A DNA stretch of 64,000 nucleotides from the NCBI GenBank assembly GCA_963781315.1, contig CAWAFJ010000005.1:318-64317 (forward strand), written 5' to 3'. This document shows positions 1 to 8,584 of this stretch, one piece after another. The stretch is from an uncultured Actinomycetes bacterium (GTDB lineage Bacteria > Actinomycetota > Thermoleophilia > Gaiellales > Gaiellaceae). Under the pieces are notes generated by a model. It worked only from the letters and a program-made list of their open reading frames with translations. It ran no database searches and was not told where the DNA came from. Within the stretch, counting starts at the first letter, position 1, and each line of letters opens with the position of its first letter. A program made the translations under genes and the position numbers.

Positions 1-426
1 TCGACCCGCCCATCATCGCGCCGACATGGCTGCCGAAGTCACCCATCACGCCGTAGCGCGTGTTCCACATCATGCTCGGCGGCTCTTCCATCAACCAGTT
101 CGTGTTCAGGTCGGTGAGCAACTCGAACGCTGGCTTGCCGCTCTTGTCGTGGACGGCGACGTAGTCGTTGTTGGTAAACGCCATCACTTCGGCGACCTTG
201 AACCCTTTGAAGCCGTTCGACCCGAGCCAGCCGTTCACCCGGTCACGCACTCCGGTCAGCTGCGCTGCGGTCGGCTTACGGTTCCCGTCGAACCAGCTCC
301 GCCGCCTCCAGAACCCCCGAACGCGCCCCCCATCATCCCCGGCCCCATCGCGACGGCGACCGCCACCGCGATCGTTGTCGCTGAGCCGACAAGTGCGACT
401 GCGAGAACTCTCCGCCGTAGGCGCAT
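1..426 (-). CDS. secreted Met/Gly-rich protein, running off the left edge; frame broken near 300-330
   Basis: ATG at 426-424 follows GGGAG. The N-terminus MRLRRRVLAVALVGSATTIAVAVAVA is signal-like and is followed by MGPGMMGGAFGG. The listed ORF stops at 256, but the adjacent minus frame continues WFDGNRKPTAAQLTG..FKVAEVMAFTNNDYVAVHDKSGKPAFELL..MMWNTRYGVMG to position 1. A copper role is inferred only from Met-rich composition and neighbourhood. Confidence 0.5.
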
Positions 427-606
427 ATCGTTACTCCCATCTGGACTGGACTGGCCTCCAGCATCTCCGACGCTTCCACGATCGTCATCGGTGCAACCCC
501 TGACGATCACTTCGGGGAATCCGCGAGAGATCCATGCTCGATGGAGACGCGACCCACACTCACCAAGCGAAGTGTGGCAAGCCGTCCAAGTTGGTGGTGC
601 TACCCG

Positions 607-625
607 TATACCCTAGATGGGTATA
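607..625. promoter_or_regulatory. perfect inverted repeat TATACCC-N5-GGGTATA, candidate CsoR-type operator
   Basis: TATACCCTAGATGGGTATA lies in the 428-760 divergent intergenic region. It overlaps a possible TTGGTG-N17-TAGATG promoter. The half-sites resemble the TACCC..GGGTA pattern reported for CsoR operators. Confidence 0.5.
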
Positions 626-760
626 TGAGGCTAGGGTCGCGGAAGAAGCAACGCGAACCACCGAGGAGGCGACAAGATGGAGATCGTTCTGCGATTCTGG
701 CACTTCCTCATCGACCGACCGCTCGTCTGAGCACACTCCCAGCCGCAAAGGAGCTAACCG

Positions 761-2506
761 ATGCCGGATCACACCCATGATCCCGTCGCGTCAACGACGG
801 AGTTGTTCTCGACCGACCCAGCGGGTCTTCCCGAGTGCCGCCGCCCCGAGCTGGTCGAGTTGTCAGATGGTCAGGTCTGCGAGCTGGAGATCACCGCGGT
901 TTCGAAGCAGCTGGAAGACACGACCGTGCGGATGCTGGCGTACAACCGGTCGATCCCGGGCCCGACACTGAAGGTGCAGCAGGGGTCGGAGGTGGTCGTC
1001 AACGTCACCAATCACGGTGACCACGTGGACACGGTGCACTGGCACGGACTGCGCCTGGACAACCGCTACGACGGGACGCACGAGACTCAGGCACCGATCC
1101 CGGTGAATGGGAGCTTCTCCTATCGGCTCGCGTTCCCAGACCCCGGCGTCTACTGGTATCACCCGCACCTCCGCGAGGACTACGGCCAGGAGCTGGGTCT
1201 GTACGGCAACATCCTGGTCGTCCCACGCGAGCCCGACTACTGGCCACCGGCCAACCGCGAGCTCCTGCTCACTCTCGACGACATCCTCGTCGAGGACGGA
1301 CAGGTAGCGCCGTTCAGCCGCTCGGAAACGACGCACACCGCGATGGGTCGGTTCGGCAACATCATGCTCGTAAGCGGCGAGCCGCAGCTCACGTTCACGG
1401 CGCAACTCGACGAGGTCGTTCGCCTCTACCTGACGAACACGGCGAACACGCGCGTGTTCAACGTCGGGTTGGAGGGGGCCCGAATGAAGCTCGTCGGCGC
1501 AGACAGCGGGCGCATCGAACTCGAAGAGCTCGTGGAGCGTGTGCTCCTGGCCCCTTCCGAACGAGCCGTTGTCGACGTGCTCTTCGATCAGCCCGGGCAC
1601 GTGGTGCTCGAACATCACACGCCGCAGCACTCGTACTCGCTCGCGGCGATCGACGTGACCGACGACCCGGCGACGCCATCCTTCCAGCAGCAATTCGCGG
1701 TCCTGCGTCGGAACGCTGACCTGATGGCCGAGCGGGACCGGATCGCCCCATACCTGGCTGCCGAGCCCGACAAGACACTCGCATTCGTGGCGGAAATGGA
1801 CATGGGCGCTACCGAGGGCGCCGTCGTCTACACCTGCCCCATGCATCCCCATATCGTCCGCGCCGACGAGGGTAGCTGCCCCGAGTGCGGGATGAAGCTG
1901 CTCGCGACGGCGACCACGTACACGTGCCCCATGCACCCGGAGGTCGTCAGCGACGAGGAAGGTCGCTGCCCGAAGTGCGGCATGAAGCTTATGGCAGCGC
2001 CGCTCGTCTCCTCGACGACCGAGCACTCCATGCCCGCGCACGGACCCACCGACGGCCATGCGCACGGCGAAGATCACAAGCACGCAGAATCCGAAGGCAT
2101 CGAATGGGAAGACGACATGGTCGAGGTCAACCGGATGACCACGCCGGCCAACATGCGCTGGAAGCTGATCGACAGGGCGACAGGATCCGCCAACAGCGCC
2201 ATCGACTGGCGGTTCCAGGTCGGCGATCAGGTCAAGATCCGTCTACTCAACGAGATGGACTCCGACCACCCAATGCACCACCCGTTTCACATCCACGGGG
2301 CCGGGCGCTTCCTCGTCCTCTCCCGCAACGGGACCGTCGAGCCCAACCTCGCCTGGAAGGACACGGTGCTCGTGCGCACCGGCCAGACCGTCGACATCCT
2401 GCTCGACGTCACCAACACCGGCCTCTGGATGGCGCACTGCCACATCTCCGAGCATCACGAGAGCGGGATGATGTTCAGCTTCCACGTCGATCCTCGACCC
2501 GAATAG
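761..2506 (+). CDS. multicopper oxidase with two embedded CPxCG-type heavy-metal-binding modules and a His-rich linker
   Basis: ATG follows AAAGGAG. All four MCO copper motifs are present (HWHG, WYHPH, HPFHIHG, HCHISEHHESGM). Residues ~355-445 carry YTCPMHPHIV..CPECGMKL, YTCPMHPEVV..CPKCGMKL and HSMPAHGPTDGHAHGEDHKH. Confidence 0.9.
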   Translation: MPDHTHDPVASTTELFSTDPAGLPECRRPELVELSDGQVCELEITAVSKQLEDTTVRMLAYNRSIPGPTLKVQQGSEVVVNVTNHGDHVDTVHWHGLRLDNRYDGTHETQAPIPVNGSFSYRLAFPDPGVYWYHPHLREDYGQELGLYGNILVVPREPDYWPPANRELLLTLDDILVEDGQVAPFSRSETTHTAMGRFGNIMLVSGEPQLTFTAQLDEVVRLYLTNTANTRVFNVGLEGARMKLVGADSGRIELEELVERVLLAPSERAVVDVLFDQPGHVVLEHHTPQHSYSLAAIDVTDDPATPSFQQQFAVLRRNADLMAERDRIAPYLAAEPDKTLAFVAEMDMGATEGAVVYTCPMHPHIVRADEGSCPECGMKLLATATTYTCPMHPEVVSDEEGRCPKCGMKLMAAPLVSSTTEHSMPAHGPTDGHAHGEDHKHAESEGIEWEDDMVEVNRMTTPANMRWKLIDRATGSANSAIDWRFQVGDQVKIRLLNEMDSDHPMHHPFHIHGAGRFLVLSRNGTVEPNLAWKDTVLVRTGQTVDILLDVTNTGLWMAHCHISEHHESGMMFSFHVDPRPE

Positions 2507-2514
2507 CGACGCAT

Positions 2515-3006
2515 GTGGATCACGGTCACGCAGAGGACGAGCGGCCCTCCCCAAACCGTTCCGCCGTCCAGGCAACACTTCATTGCCTGACCGGTTGCGC
2601 CATCGGCGAAGTGCTCGGCATGGTGATCGCAACCGCCCTCGGGTGGGGGGCCGTAGCGTCAATCGCGATCTCGGTCGCGCTCGCCTTCGTCTTCGGCTAC
2701 TCACTCACGCTCGGCCCGATCTTCCGAGCGGGGATTCCACTCCGGCGAGCAGCCAGTCTGACGCTCGCATCCGACACCGTCTCGATCACGACGATGGAGA
2801 TCGTTGACAACGCGTTCATCCTGCTCGTCCCAGGCGCGTTGGCCGCTGGACTGACCGAAACCCTTTTTTGGTGGAGCCTCGCCGTAAGCTTGGTTATCGC
2901 GTTTGTCGTCGGCGTGCCAGTCAACCGATGGCTGATCAAGCGAGGGCGGGGTCACGCCGTAATCCACGAACGACACACGAATGTCGCTCGGGAACACGCG
3001 GGTTAG
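2515..3006 (+). CDS. DUF4396-like membrane protein
   Basis: In-frame GTG at 2515, 9 nt after the MCO stop. Contains HCLTGCAIGEVLGMVIATALGW plus several hydrophobic helices, typical of DUF4396 proteins found beside copper genes. Confidence 0.7.
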   Translation: MDHGHAEDERPSPNRSAVQATLHCLTGCAIGEVLGMVIATALGWGAVASIAISVALAFVFGYSLTLGPIFRAGIPLRRAASLTLASDTVSITTMEIVDNAFILLVPGALAAGLTETLFWWSLAVSLVIAFVVGVPVNRWLIKRGRGHAVIHERHTNVAREHAG

Positions 3007-3085
3007 CCGCAGGCGAGATACGGCACTGCACGGATGACGGCCCGAGCGCCGATCGGGAGAGTGGTGATGACGAAGGAGGTACACC

Positions 3086-3802
3086 ATGAGCACAGACACG
3101 ATCGGTGGGCGTGCCTATGGTGGAGTTCACGCTCGCCTTACCCTTGCGTCTCATTGGACGTGGCTGGCGATCGGCTTCGTGGTCGCGTTTGCGACGCCGT
3201 TCCTTCTCACCGACGTCCTCGACATGAACCGGGACGTGTTCTACGGCGTCTACGCGCTTGCTGTCGCCGGTCTGTTCACCGGGTGGGTGCGCTCGACAGG
3301 CTATGACCTGGTCGCGGCCGTCCGACGCCGCTGGCTACTCGCGATCGGACTCGGCACCCTGTGTGGTGGTCTGCTCGCGATGATGGTCGTACGCACGGAG
3401 GCCGCAACGTCGAGGCCCGACGGCATCAAGCTCGCCGGTGCGTTGGCTTGGCGCGGTGTCCTCTACGGTGTGACGGACGGGTTGCTGCTGTCGGCGTTCC
3501 CGATCCTCGTGATCTTCGCTGCCTTCTCTGGCCACACGCTCATCACCCGATGGCGCGGGAAGATCGCGGTTGGGGCGTTCGCGCTGCTCGCGTCGCTCGC
3601 TCTCACGGCCGTCTATCACGCCGGCTACAGCGACTTCCGCTCGAGCAAGCTCAGCAAGCCGATTACCGGAGACGCGATCTGGAGCATTCCGACACTCGCA
3701 ACGCTCAACCCGATCGGCGCGCCGATCGCCCACGTCGGCCTGCACGTGTCGGCAGTCCTGCACAGCTCCAACACCGACACCTTCCTACCACCACACAAGT
3801 GA
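3086..3802 (+). CDS. polytopic membrane protein, family not recognised
   Basis: ATG follows GAAGGAGG. About 7 hydrophobic segments and an uninterrupted 238-codon ORF. Confidence 0.6.
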   Translation: MSTDTIGGRAYGGVHARLTLASHWTWLAIGFVVAFATPFLLTDVLDMNRDVFYGVYALAVAGLFTGWVRSTGYDLVAAVRRRWLLAIGLGTLCGGLLAMMVVRTEAATSRPDGIKLAGALAWRGVLYGVTDGLLLSAFPILVIFAAFSGHTLITRWRGKIAVGAFALLASLALTAVYHAGYSDFRSSKLSKPITGDAIWSIPTLATLNPIGAPIAHVGLHVSAVLHSSNTDTFLPPHK

Positions 3803-3825
3803 GAGCTCAGTCGGGTGGCCCGGAT

Positions 3826-4386
3826 ATGGACTCTGACTCGGCAACCGTCACTCGCCGGTCCGCCAGTCCCATGAGCAAGCCCGGCCCGAGAACGAAGCCA
3901 CTCCTCGGGACCCGCAGGCAGCCAGGGCGTCTCGCTCTCGCAGTCTTCCGACTGCCGCTGCCGCTGTATCGGCGGGGATGGGGCTGGCTCCTGGGGAACA
4001 CCTTCCTGCTCCTGGTCCACACCGGACGGAAGACCGGCAAGCCCCACTCCACCGTCGCAATGACCCTGACGTACAACCCCGAAACCCACGAGGCAGTCAT
4101 CTGCTCGGTTTGGGGCCAGAACACCGACTGGGTTCGGAACATTCGAGTCCGCCCGGCGTCGCAGGTCCAGATCGGGCGGGAGTCGTTCACGCCGGAGCAG
4201 CGCTTCCTCTCGGAGGACGAGAGCTTGGCTGTCGCGATCGAGTTCCGAAACCAACATCCATGGAGGTTGCGCCTCATCACGTGGATATTGGGCTGGGACG
4301 ATCTCCGCTCCGATACGGCCGCGAGAGAGTTCGTCCGCAGTCGGCCGTTCATCTCATTTCGTCCGGCGCACCCGCCCCGGCTCTGA
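3826..4386 (+). CDS. nitroreductase-family deazaflavin (F420)-dependent oxidoreductase-like protein (DUF385/Ddn-like)
   Basis: LLLVHTGRKTGKPHSTV..YNPETHEAVICSVWGQNTDWVRNIRVRPASQVQIG matches the Ddn/DUF385 pattern. The start is taken at the in-frame ATG 3826. Confidence 0.65.
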   Translation: MDSDSATVTRRSASPMSKPGPRTKPLLGTRRQPGRLALAVFRLPLPLYRRGWGWLLGNTFLLLVHTGRKTGKPHSTVAMTLTYNPETHEAVICSVWGQNTDWVRNIRVRPASQVQIGRESFTPEQRFLSEDESLAVAIEFRNQHPWRLRLITWILGWDDLRSDTAAREFVRSRPFISFRPAHPPRL

Positions 4387-4430
4387 GATCTCGGTTCTGG
4401 GACTCGGACGAAGGCGGCTACGGTTCATCC

Positions 4431-5246
4431 ATGCACGGCCCGAGTACCGGCGCGCTGCACCGCCATGGTGACTTCGTCCACAAGCACCCCTACGCGCGGC
4501 CGCACCGCCACCTCTGGCGCCCCCGCCGATCGTCGCCTGTCACGACCGAGAATGATCATGCCCATCATCACGACCACGACCACCTGCACGACCACGACCA
4601 ATCCCACGGTGAGCACGGCCACTCGCATGGACTTGTAGATCGCTCGATCGTCCGGTCAAAGGAAGGCGTCAAGACGGTCTCGATCAGCCTCGCCGCCCTC
4701 GCGCTCGCCGCTATGGGTCAGGTCGCGATCTTCGCTCTCTCCGGATCGGTCGCGCTCCTCGCCGACCTGATTCACAACGCAGGCGACGCGCTGACTGCGA
4801 TCCCGCTCGGGATTGCGTTCTTCTTCCGTTCCTTCCGGGGTGAGAAGCTCGCGGGTCTGGCGGTCGTACTCGTGATCTTCTTCTCAGCGTGCGTCGCTCT
4901 CTACGAGACGGTGATGCGTTTCATCCACCCTCAACACCTCACGCATCTGTGGGTCCTCGCCGTCGCCGGAGCCATCGGGTTCGTCGGCAACGAGGTTGCC
5001 GCACAGGTTCGCCTCCGGGGCGGAAGACGACTTTCCAGCCCAGCCCTGGTCGCGGATGGCAAGCACGCCCGGATCGACGGGTTCGTCTCGCTCGGTGTCG
5101 TCGGCAGCGCGATCGTCGTTTCGCTCGGCGCGCAGATCGGTGACCCGATCATCGGGCTTGTCATCACCCTCGTCATCCTCAAGATCACCTGGGACGCGTG
5201 GCAAACGGTCTCCCACTCCGACCCAGGAGAGATCGTCAATGAATAG
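4431..5246 (+). CDS. cation diffusion facilitator (CDF) transporter with His-rich N-terminus and no obvious C-terminal cytoplasmic domain
   Basis: HAHHHDHDHLHDHDQSHGEHGHSHG is followed by GSVALLADLIHNAGDALT and six hydrophobic helices. The protein ends shortly after the last helix. The start codon is uncertain. Confidence 0.75.
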   Translation: MHGPSTGALHRHGDFVHKHPYARPHRHLWRPRRSSPVTTENDHAHHHDHDHLHDHDQSHGEHGHSHGLVDRSIVRSKEGVKTVSISLAALALAAMGQVAIFALSGSVALLADLIHNAGDALTAIPLGIAFFFRSFRGEKLAGLAVVLVIFFSACVALYETVMRFIHPQHLTHLWVLAVAGAIGFVGNEVAAQVRLRGGRRLSSPALVADGKHARIDGFVSLGVVGSAIVVSLGAQIGDPIIGLVITLVILKITWDAWQTVSHSDPGEIVNE

Positions 5247-5254
5247 CCCCGGGA

Positions 5255-6259
5255 TTGTCTGAGCACGGTTTCGTCCGAAGCACGGTGCTCGCCGCGTTCG
5301 TCGCCGCCGTCGCCGCGTCGGTGGCCTCCGGGAGCTCGACGTCTGGGCTGCCGTTGCAGGAGGTGGCTCGGGTTCCGTTGTCGGGACCGGCGAACCGTTT
5401 CGACTACACGAGCCTCGACCCAACCACGAACCTCCTCTGGATCTCGCACATGAACGCAAGCGAGCTGCTCGCCTTCGACATCCGGCGAAACAAGATCGTC
5501 AAGACGATTCCGGCGCCCGGTGTGCACGGGGTGATCGCGGTGCCGGCGGTCGGTCGCGTGTATGCGTCGGCGACCGACGCGCGGCAGGCATGGACGATCG
5601 ACTCGAAGACCGGCTCCGTGCTCGCGCAGGCCTCCGCCGGCGCGTATCCGGACGGGCTTGCCTGGGACCCGGTCGAGCGCCACGTCTTCGTCTCCGACGA
5701 GAGCGGCGGGGTCGAGACCGTCCTCGACATGAAGGGGCGGCGGATTGCGACGATCCCGCTCGGCGGCGAGGCCGGAAATGTCCAGTACGACGCGGGCTCC
5801 GGCCGGATCCTGGTCGACGTCCAAACTCGCAACGACGTGGCGGTCATCGACCCGCGGAGCAACCGGATCGTGCGGCGGATCCCGCTGCCCGGCTGCTCGA
5901 GCAACCACAGCCTGCTCGTCGACTCCACGCGCCGCCTTGCCTTCGTCGCCTGCACCGGGAACGCGATGCTGCTCACGCTCGACCTGCGAACGATGAAGGT
6001 CACCGGCTTCGCGACCGTCGGCCAGGCGCCCGACGTGCTCGCGTTCGACCCGTCGCTGCGGCGGCTGTACGTCTCGGCCGAGAGCGGTGAGGTGGCGGTG
6101 TTCGCCGAGACCAAGCACGGCTTGCGTAAGCTCGGCCAGGCGTTCCTCGCACCCTCGGCGCACACCGTCGCGGTCGACCCGCGCACGCACCTCGTGTACT
6201 TCCCGCTCGAGAGCGGCTCGAACGGGAAGCCCCAGCTTCTCGTCATGAGGCCTGCGTAG
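5255..6259 (+). CDS. YncE/YVTN-type beta-propeller repeat protein, secreted
   Basis: TTG start and a signal-like N-terminus. Repeated motifs of the type ..V.V.D..T..V...I..G..P.G.A..P (for example VAVIDPRSNRIVRRIPLPG). Confidence 0.7.
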   Translation: MSEHGFVRSTVLAAFVAAVAASVASGSSTSGLPLQEVARVPLSGPANRFDYTSLDPTTNLLWISHMNASELLAFDIRRNKIVKTIPAPGVHGVIAVPAVGRVYASATDARQAWTIDSKTGSVLAQASAGAYPDGLAWDPVERHVFVSDESGGVETVLDMKGRRIATIPLGGEAGNVQYDAGSGRILVDVQTRNDVAVIDPRSNRIVRRIPLPGCSSNHSLLVDSTRRLAFVACTGNAMLLTLDLRTMKVTGFATVGQAPDVLAFDPSLRRLYVSAESGEVAVFAETKHGLRKLGQAFLAPSAHTVAVDPRTHLVYFPLESGSNGKPQLLVMRPA

Positions 6260-6261
6260 CC

Positions 6262-6906
6262 ATGCGGCGAGTGTTCGTGGTCGTACTCGCAGCGGTTGTA
6301 GCCTTCGCTACCGCCGCCGCGGACGTTCGAGCCGGGACAGCAATCGTCCACGTGACGCTGGGCAGCACGGGCATCACCCTCTCACCCAGCAGCGTCGTCG
6401 CCGGAAACGTCGTCTTCACGGTCACAAACAGGACGCGGGCGCCGCGTGACTTCGAGATCGGCGGCAAGAAAACGCCGCCGATCGCGGTCGGCAAGTCGGC
6501 GACGCTGAAGGCCGCGTTCGCGCCCCGTCCCCATAAGTACCTCTCGGTCGGACAGGGCAAGGCCGCGCCACTGACTGGCTTGCTCGGCGTGTTTCCCGCC
6601 TGCACGAACCCGACCGTGACGACCGTGGAAGTGAGCGTCGCACTCACCAAGATGACGCTGTCCCAAACGTCGGTTCCGTGCGGGACGGTGACGTTCGTCG
6701 TGACCAACACCGACACCGTGACTGTCCATAACTTCAGCATCGCTCTCCCCACGCTCGTCAGCGGCGAACTGCAGGGCCCAAAGATCCGGCCAGGCCAAGC
6801 CACGACGCTCGTCATCAACCTGCCCTACAAAGGACAGGTGTACTACTTCTGCAATCAGCCCGAACACGGCGAGATGGGCGAGTCCGGACTCCTAACCGTC
6901 CAGTAG
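6262..6906 (+). CDS. two-domain cupredoxin-like secreted protein; only the C-terminal domain keeps type-1 Cu ligands
   Basis: Signal peptide MRRVFVVVLAAVVAFATAAA. The second domain has VHNFS...YYFCNQPEHGEMGESG (the His, Cys, His, Met pattern). The first domain lacks these ligands. Confidence 0.75.
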   Translation: MRRVFVVVLAAVVAFATAAADVRAGTAIVHVTLGSTGITLSPSSVVAGNVVFTVTNRTRAPRDFEIGGKKTPPIAVGKSATLKAAFAPRPHKYLSVGQGKAAPLTGLLGVFPACTNPTVTTVEVSVALTKMTLSQTSVPCGTVTFVVTNTDTVTVHNFSIALPTLVSGELQGPKIRPGQATTLVINLPYKGQVYYFCNQPEHGEMGESGLLTVQ

Positions 6907-6990
6907 CAACCGCCGCGGACGCGAGAGATCGTCGTCCGATGACCGCCCCTCTGCGCCCTGTGCGCACAGGTGGACTCGCATCCCGCCGGC

Positions 6991-7080
6991 GCCGAAAGCG
7001 GTGAGGTCGCTGTGTTCGCAGTGGACTTCCCGCTCGAGAGCGGGTCCAACGGTCGGCCCCAGCTTCTGATCATGAACCCA
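6991..7080 (+). pseudogene. relic of a YncE-like gene 3' end (paralog of 5255..6259) with an internal deletion
   Basis: Encodes AESGEVAVFA-VDFPLESGSNGRPQLLIMNP. Gene 5255..6259 has AESGEVAVFAETKHG...VYFPLESGSNGKPQLLVMRPA. About 75 nt are missing and there is no upstream coding continuation. Confidence 0.7.
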
Positions 7081-7246
7081 CCTAACCCGACGTTACCCGG
7101 AGCGCAGCCGCCTCACAGGGGGCAACACCGGGGCAACCCAACCCACCGAGATCGGCCGAAACAAGATGCAGTCACAGAGGCCGGACGCCCGTTGGAGAGC
7201 CAAAATTCCCAGACCGGCCGAGACCAACCGAAGCCCCGGGGGATAA

Positions 7247-7297
7247 CTCAAAATCCGGCTCTTTCGGGGAGTGGGGGTTCGATTCCCCCCTTCGGCA
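7247..7297 (+). other. tRNA-Leu(CAA)-like 3' fragment (anticodon loop to discriminator), possible att remnant
   Basis: Anticodon-type loop CTCAAAA, a long variable region, T-arm GGGGG-TTCGATT-CCCCC, then CTTCGGC-A as in tRNA-Leu 3' ends. The sequence 5' of 7247 cannot form the anticodon stem, D-arm or a clean acceptor pairing. Confidence 0.5.
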
Positions 7298-7422
7298 TCT
7301 CGTAGTTGAGCGGAGTCGGTCTGGGCCTTGCGACTCGTGCCGTAACCGACGGCACGGCTACTTCCCCCGAAACGGTCGCCGCGCGAGGGCGCTGTGCGGG
7401 GGAAGTAGCCGACCGACTCGTA

Positions 7423-8141
7423 CTACGCCTTCGTGAAGATGAAGCTGCCCGTCGACGGCCCGGCCGCCTGGCTCGTGACGCCGTTCTTGACCGTCCCGGC
7501 GTAGGAGGATTTTCCGGCCTGCATCAGGATGACCACGTTCCCGCCCTGCGTTACGCTGATCTGTCCAGCGTGCACGGCCGCCGAGCAGACCGACGAGTTC
7601 GGGGCGTAGACCTTCGTGCCACGGACAGGGCCGAGCTTGCCGCTCGGCGGACAGCTGTACCGGTAGCGGTTCCCGGTCTTGGTGCTGAAGGCGGCCGCCG
7701 TCGCCTTCCACGTTCTGCCTCCGTCCAGAATCGGCCCGGTGGGCGCCTTCGGGGCGACGACGAACGAGTAGCTTCCCGAATAGGCGCCCCATGAGCTGCT
7801 TGTAACGCCGTGTCGCGTGCTCCCGAGGTAGGACGCGCGACCAGGAAGGATCTTGATCGTGACCTTGCCCCCGGCCGCGAGGGTGATCAGCCCGGCGTGA
7901 ACTGCGGCGCTACAGACGCTGCTGTCGTCCGTGTAGACGCCCGTTCCGTATACCGAGCCGAGGATGCCCGCCTTAGGGCAGGTGTAGGCGATGTTGGTCC
8001 CGTTCTGGCCACGGAAGGCACTTGCGTTTGCAGCCCAGTGAGACCGCCGACGGGCACTGCCGACGGACCTGCCGATGCCTCGGCGGCGAAGACCAGCCCA
8101 ACTGCGACCGCGCATCCGAGACTGCAAGCTCGCGTGAACAT
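7423..8141 (-). CDS. secreted protein with two LCCL domains; frame break near 8040
   Basis: ATG 8141 follows AAAGGGGGG. The signal peptide MFTRACSLGCAVAVGLVFAAEASA lies in one frame. The body in another frame has two copies of Y.C(P)..G..G.V.GT.VY...SSVCSAAVHAG..(GG.V). Confidence 0.75.
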
Positions 8142-8291
8142 GCAAACCCCCCTTTGATCGCCCAATGTGAGTGCGGCGAGCATAGCGCGACCACAAGTTG
8201 GGGGCTTCTGGCAGCTGCCGTGCAGCACGAGCCCTCCGAGGAGCCGCACCGCGAGCGGTTGGCCGCCGGTCCGGGTCCTCTTCGCCGCAGG

Positions 8292-8501
8292 TCAGCCTGT
8301 TCGGACGGCCGGAGAACTCGGAGCCGACTCGCTCCGCACCCGGCTCGCCTCGAGTGCACAGGCGATGTCCAGCGCGATCAGCGGATCTCCGTGAGCCATC
8401 TCGAAGCACTCTTCGGCAAGAGAAGGCACCTCGCTCCTGACATTCGTTGCTTGAATCTCACTCGTGCCGCCAAGATCGCGGCTGGAACCATTCTGCAACA
8501 C
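8292..8501 (-). CDS. hypothetical 69-aa ORF in a 440-nt gap
   Basis: GTG follows AAGGAG by 6 nt. Encodes MLQNGSSRDLGGTSEIQATNVRSEVPSLAEECFEMAHGDPLIALDIACALEASRV... Many A/T-ending codons, atypical for this window, and no family recognised. Confidence 0.25.
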   Translation of the reverse strand: MLQNGSSRDLGGTSEIQATNVRSEVPSLAEECFEMAHGDPLIALDIACALEASRVRSESAPSSPAVRTG

Positions 8502-8584
8502 GGCCGCTCCTTCGTCTCGATGCCGGTACGGGTTCACGTATCGGCAAGCGGCGTCACTCGCTTGAGGGATGAGCGCTTCTCGGA

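Noticed and set aside
863-2083. Long ORFs antisense to or overlapping recognised genes (for example 863..2083 minus, 4931..6190 minus, 32250..33986 plus, 37171..38904 plus, 56728..58854 minus upstream part).
   Set aside because: Their translations are Arg/Pro/Gly/Ala-rich with no recognisable motifs, and they overlap genes with clear family signatures. They are typical stop-codon-poor shadow frames of GC-rich DNA.
7216-7297. A complete tRNA-Leu gene or a tmRNA 3' end.
   Set aside because: GCCGAGA pairs only partly with CTTCGGC. No D-arm or anticodon stem can be drawn 5' of 7247. The acceptor end does not match a tmRNA GGGG.../...CCACCA pairing. It is kept only as a 3' fragment.
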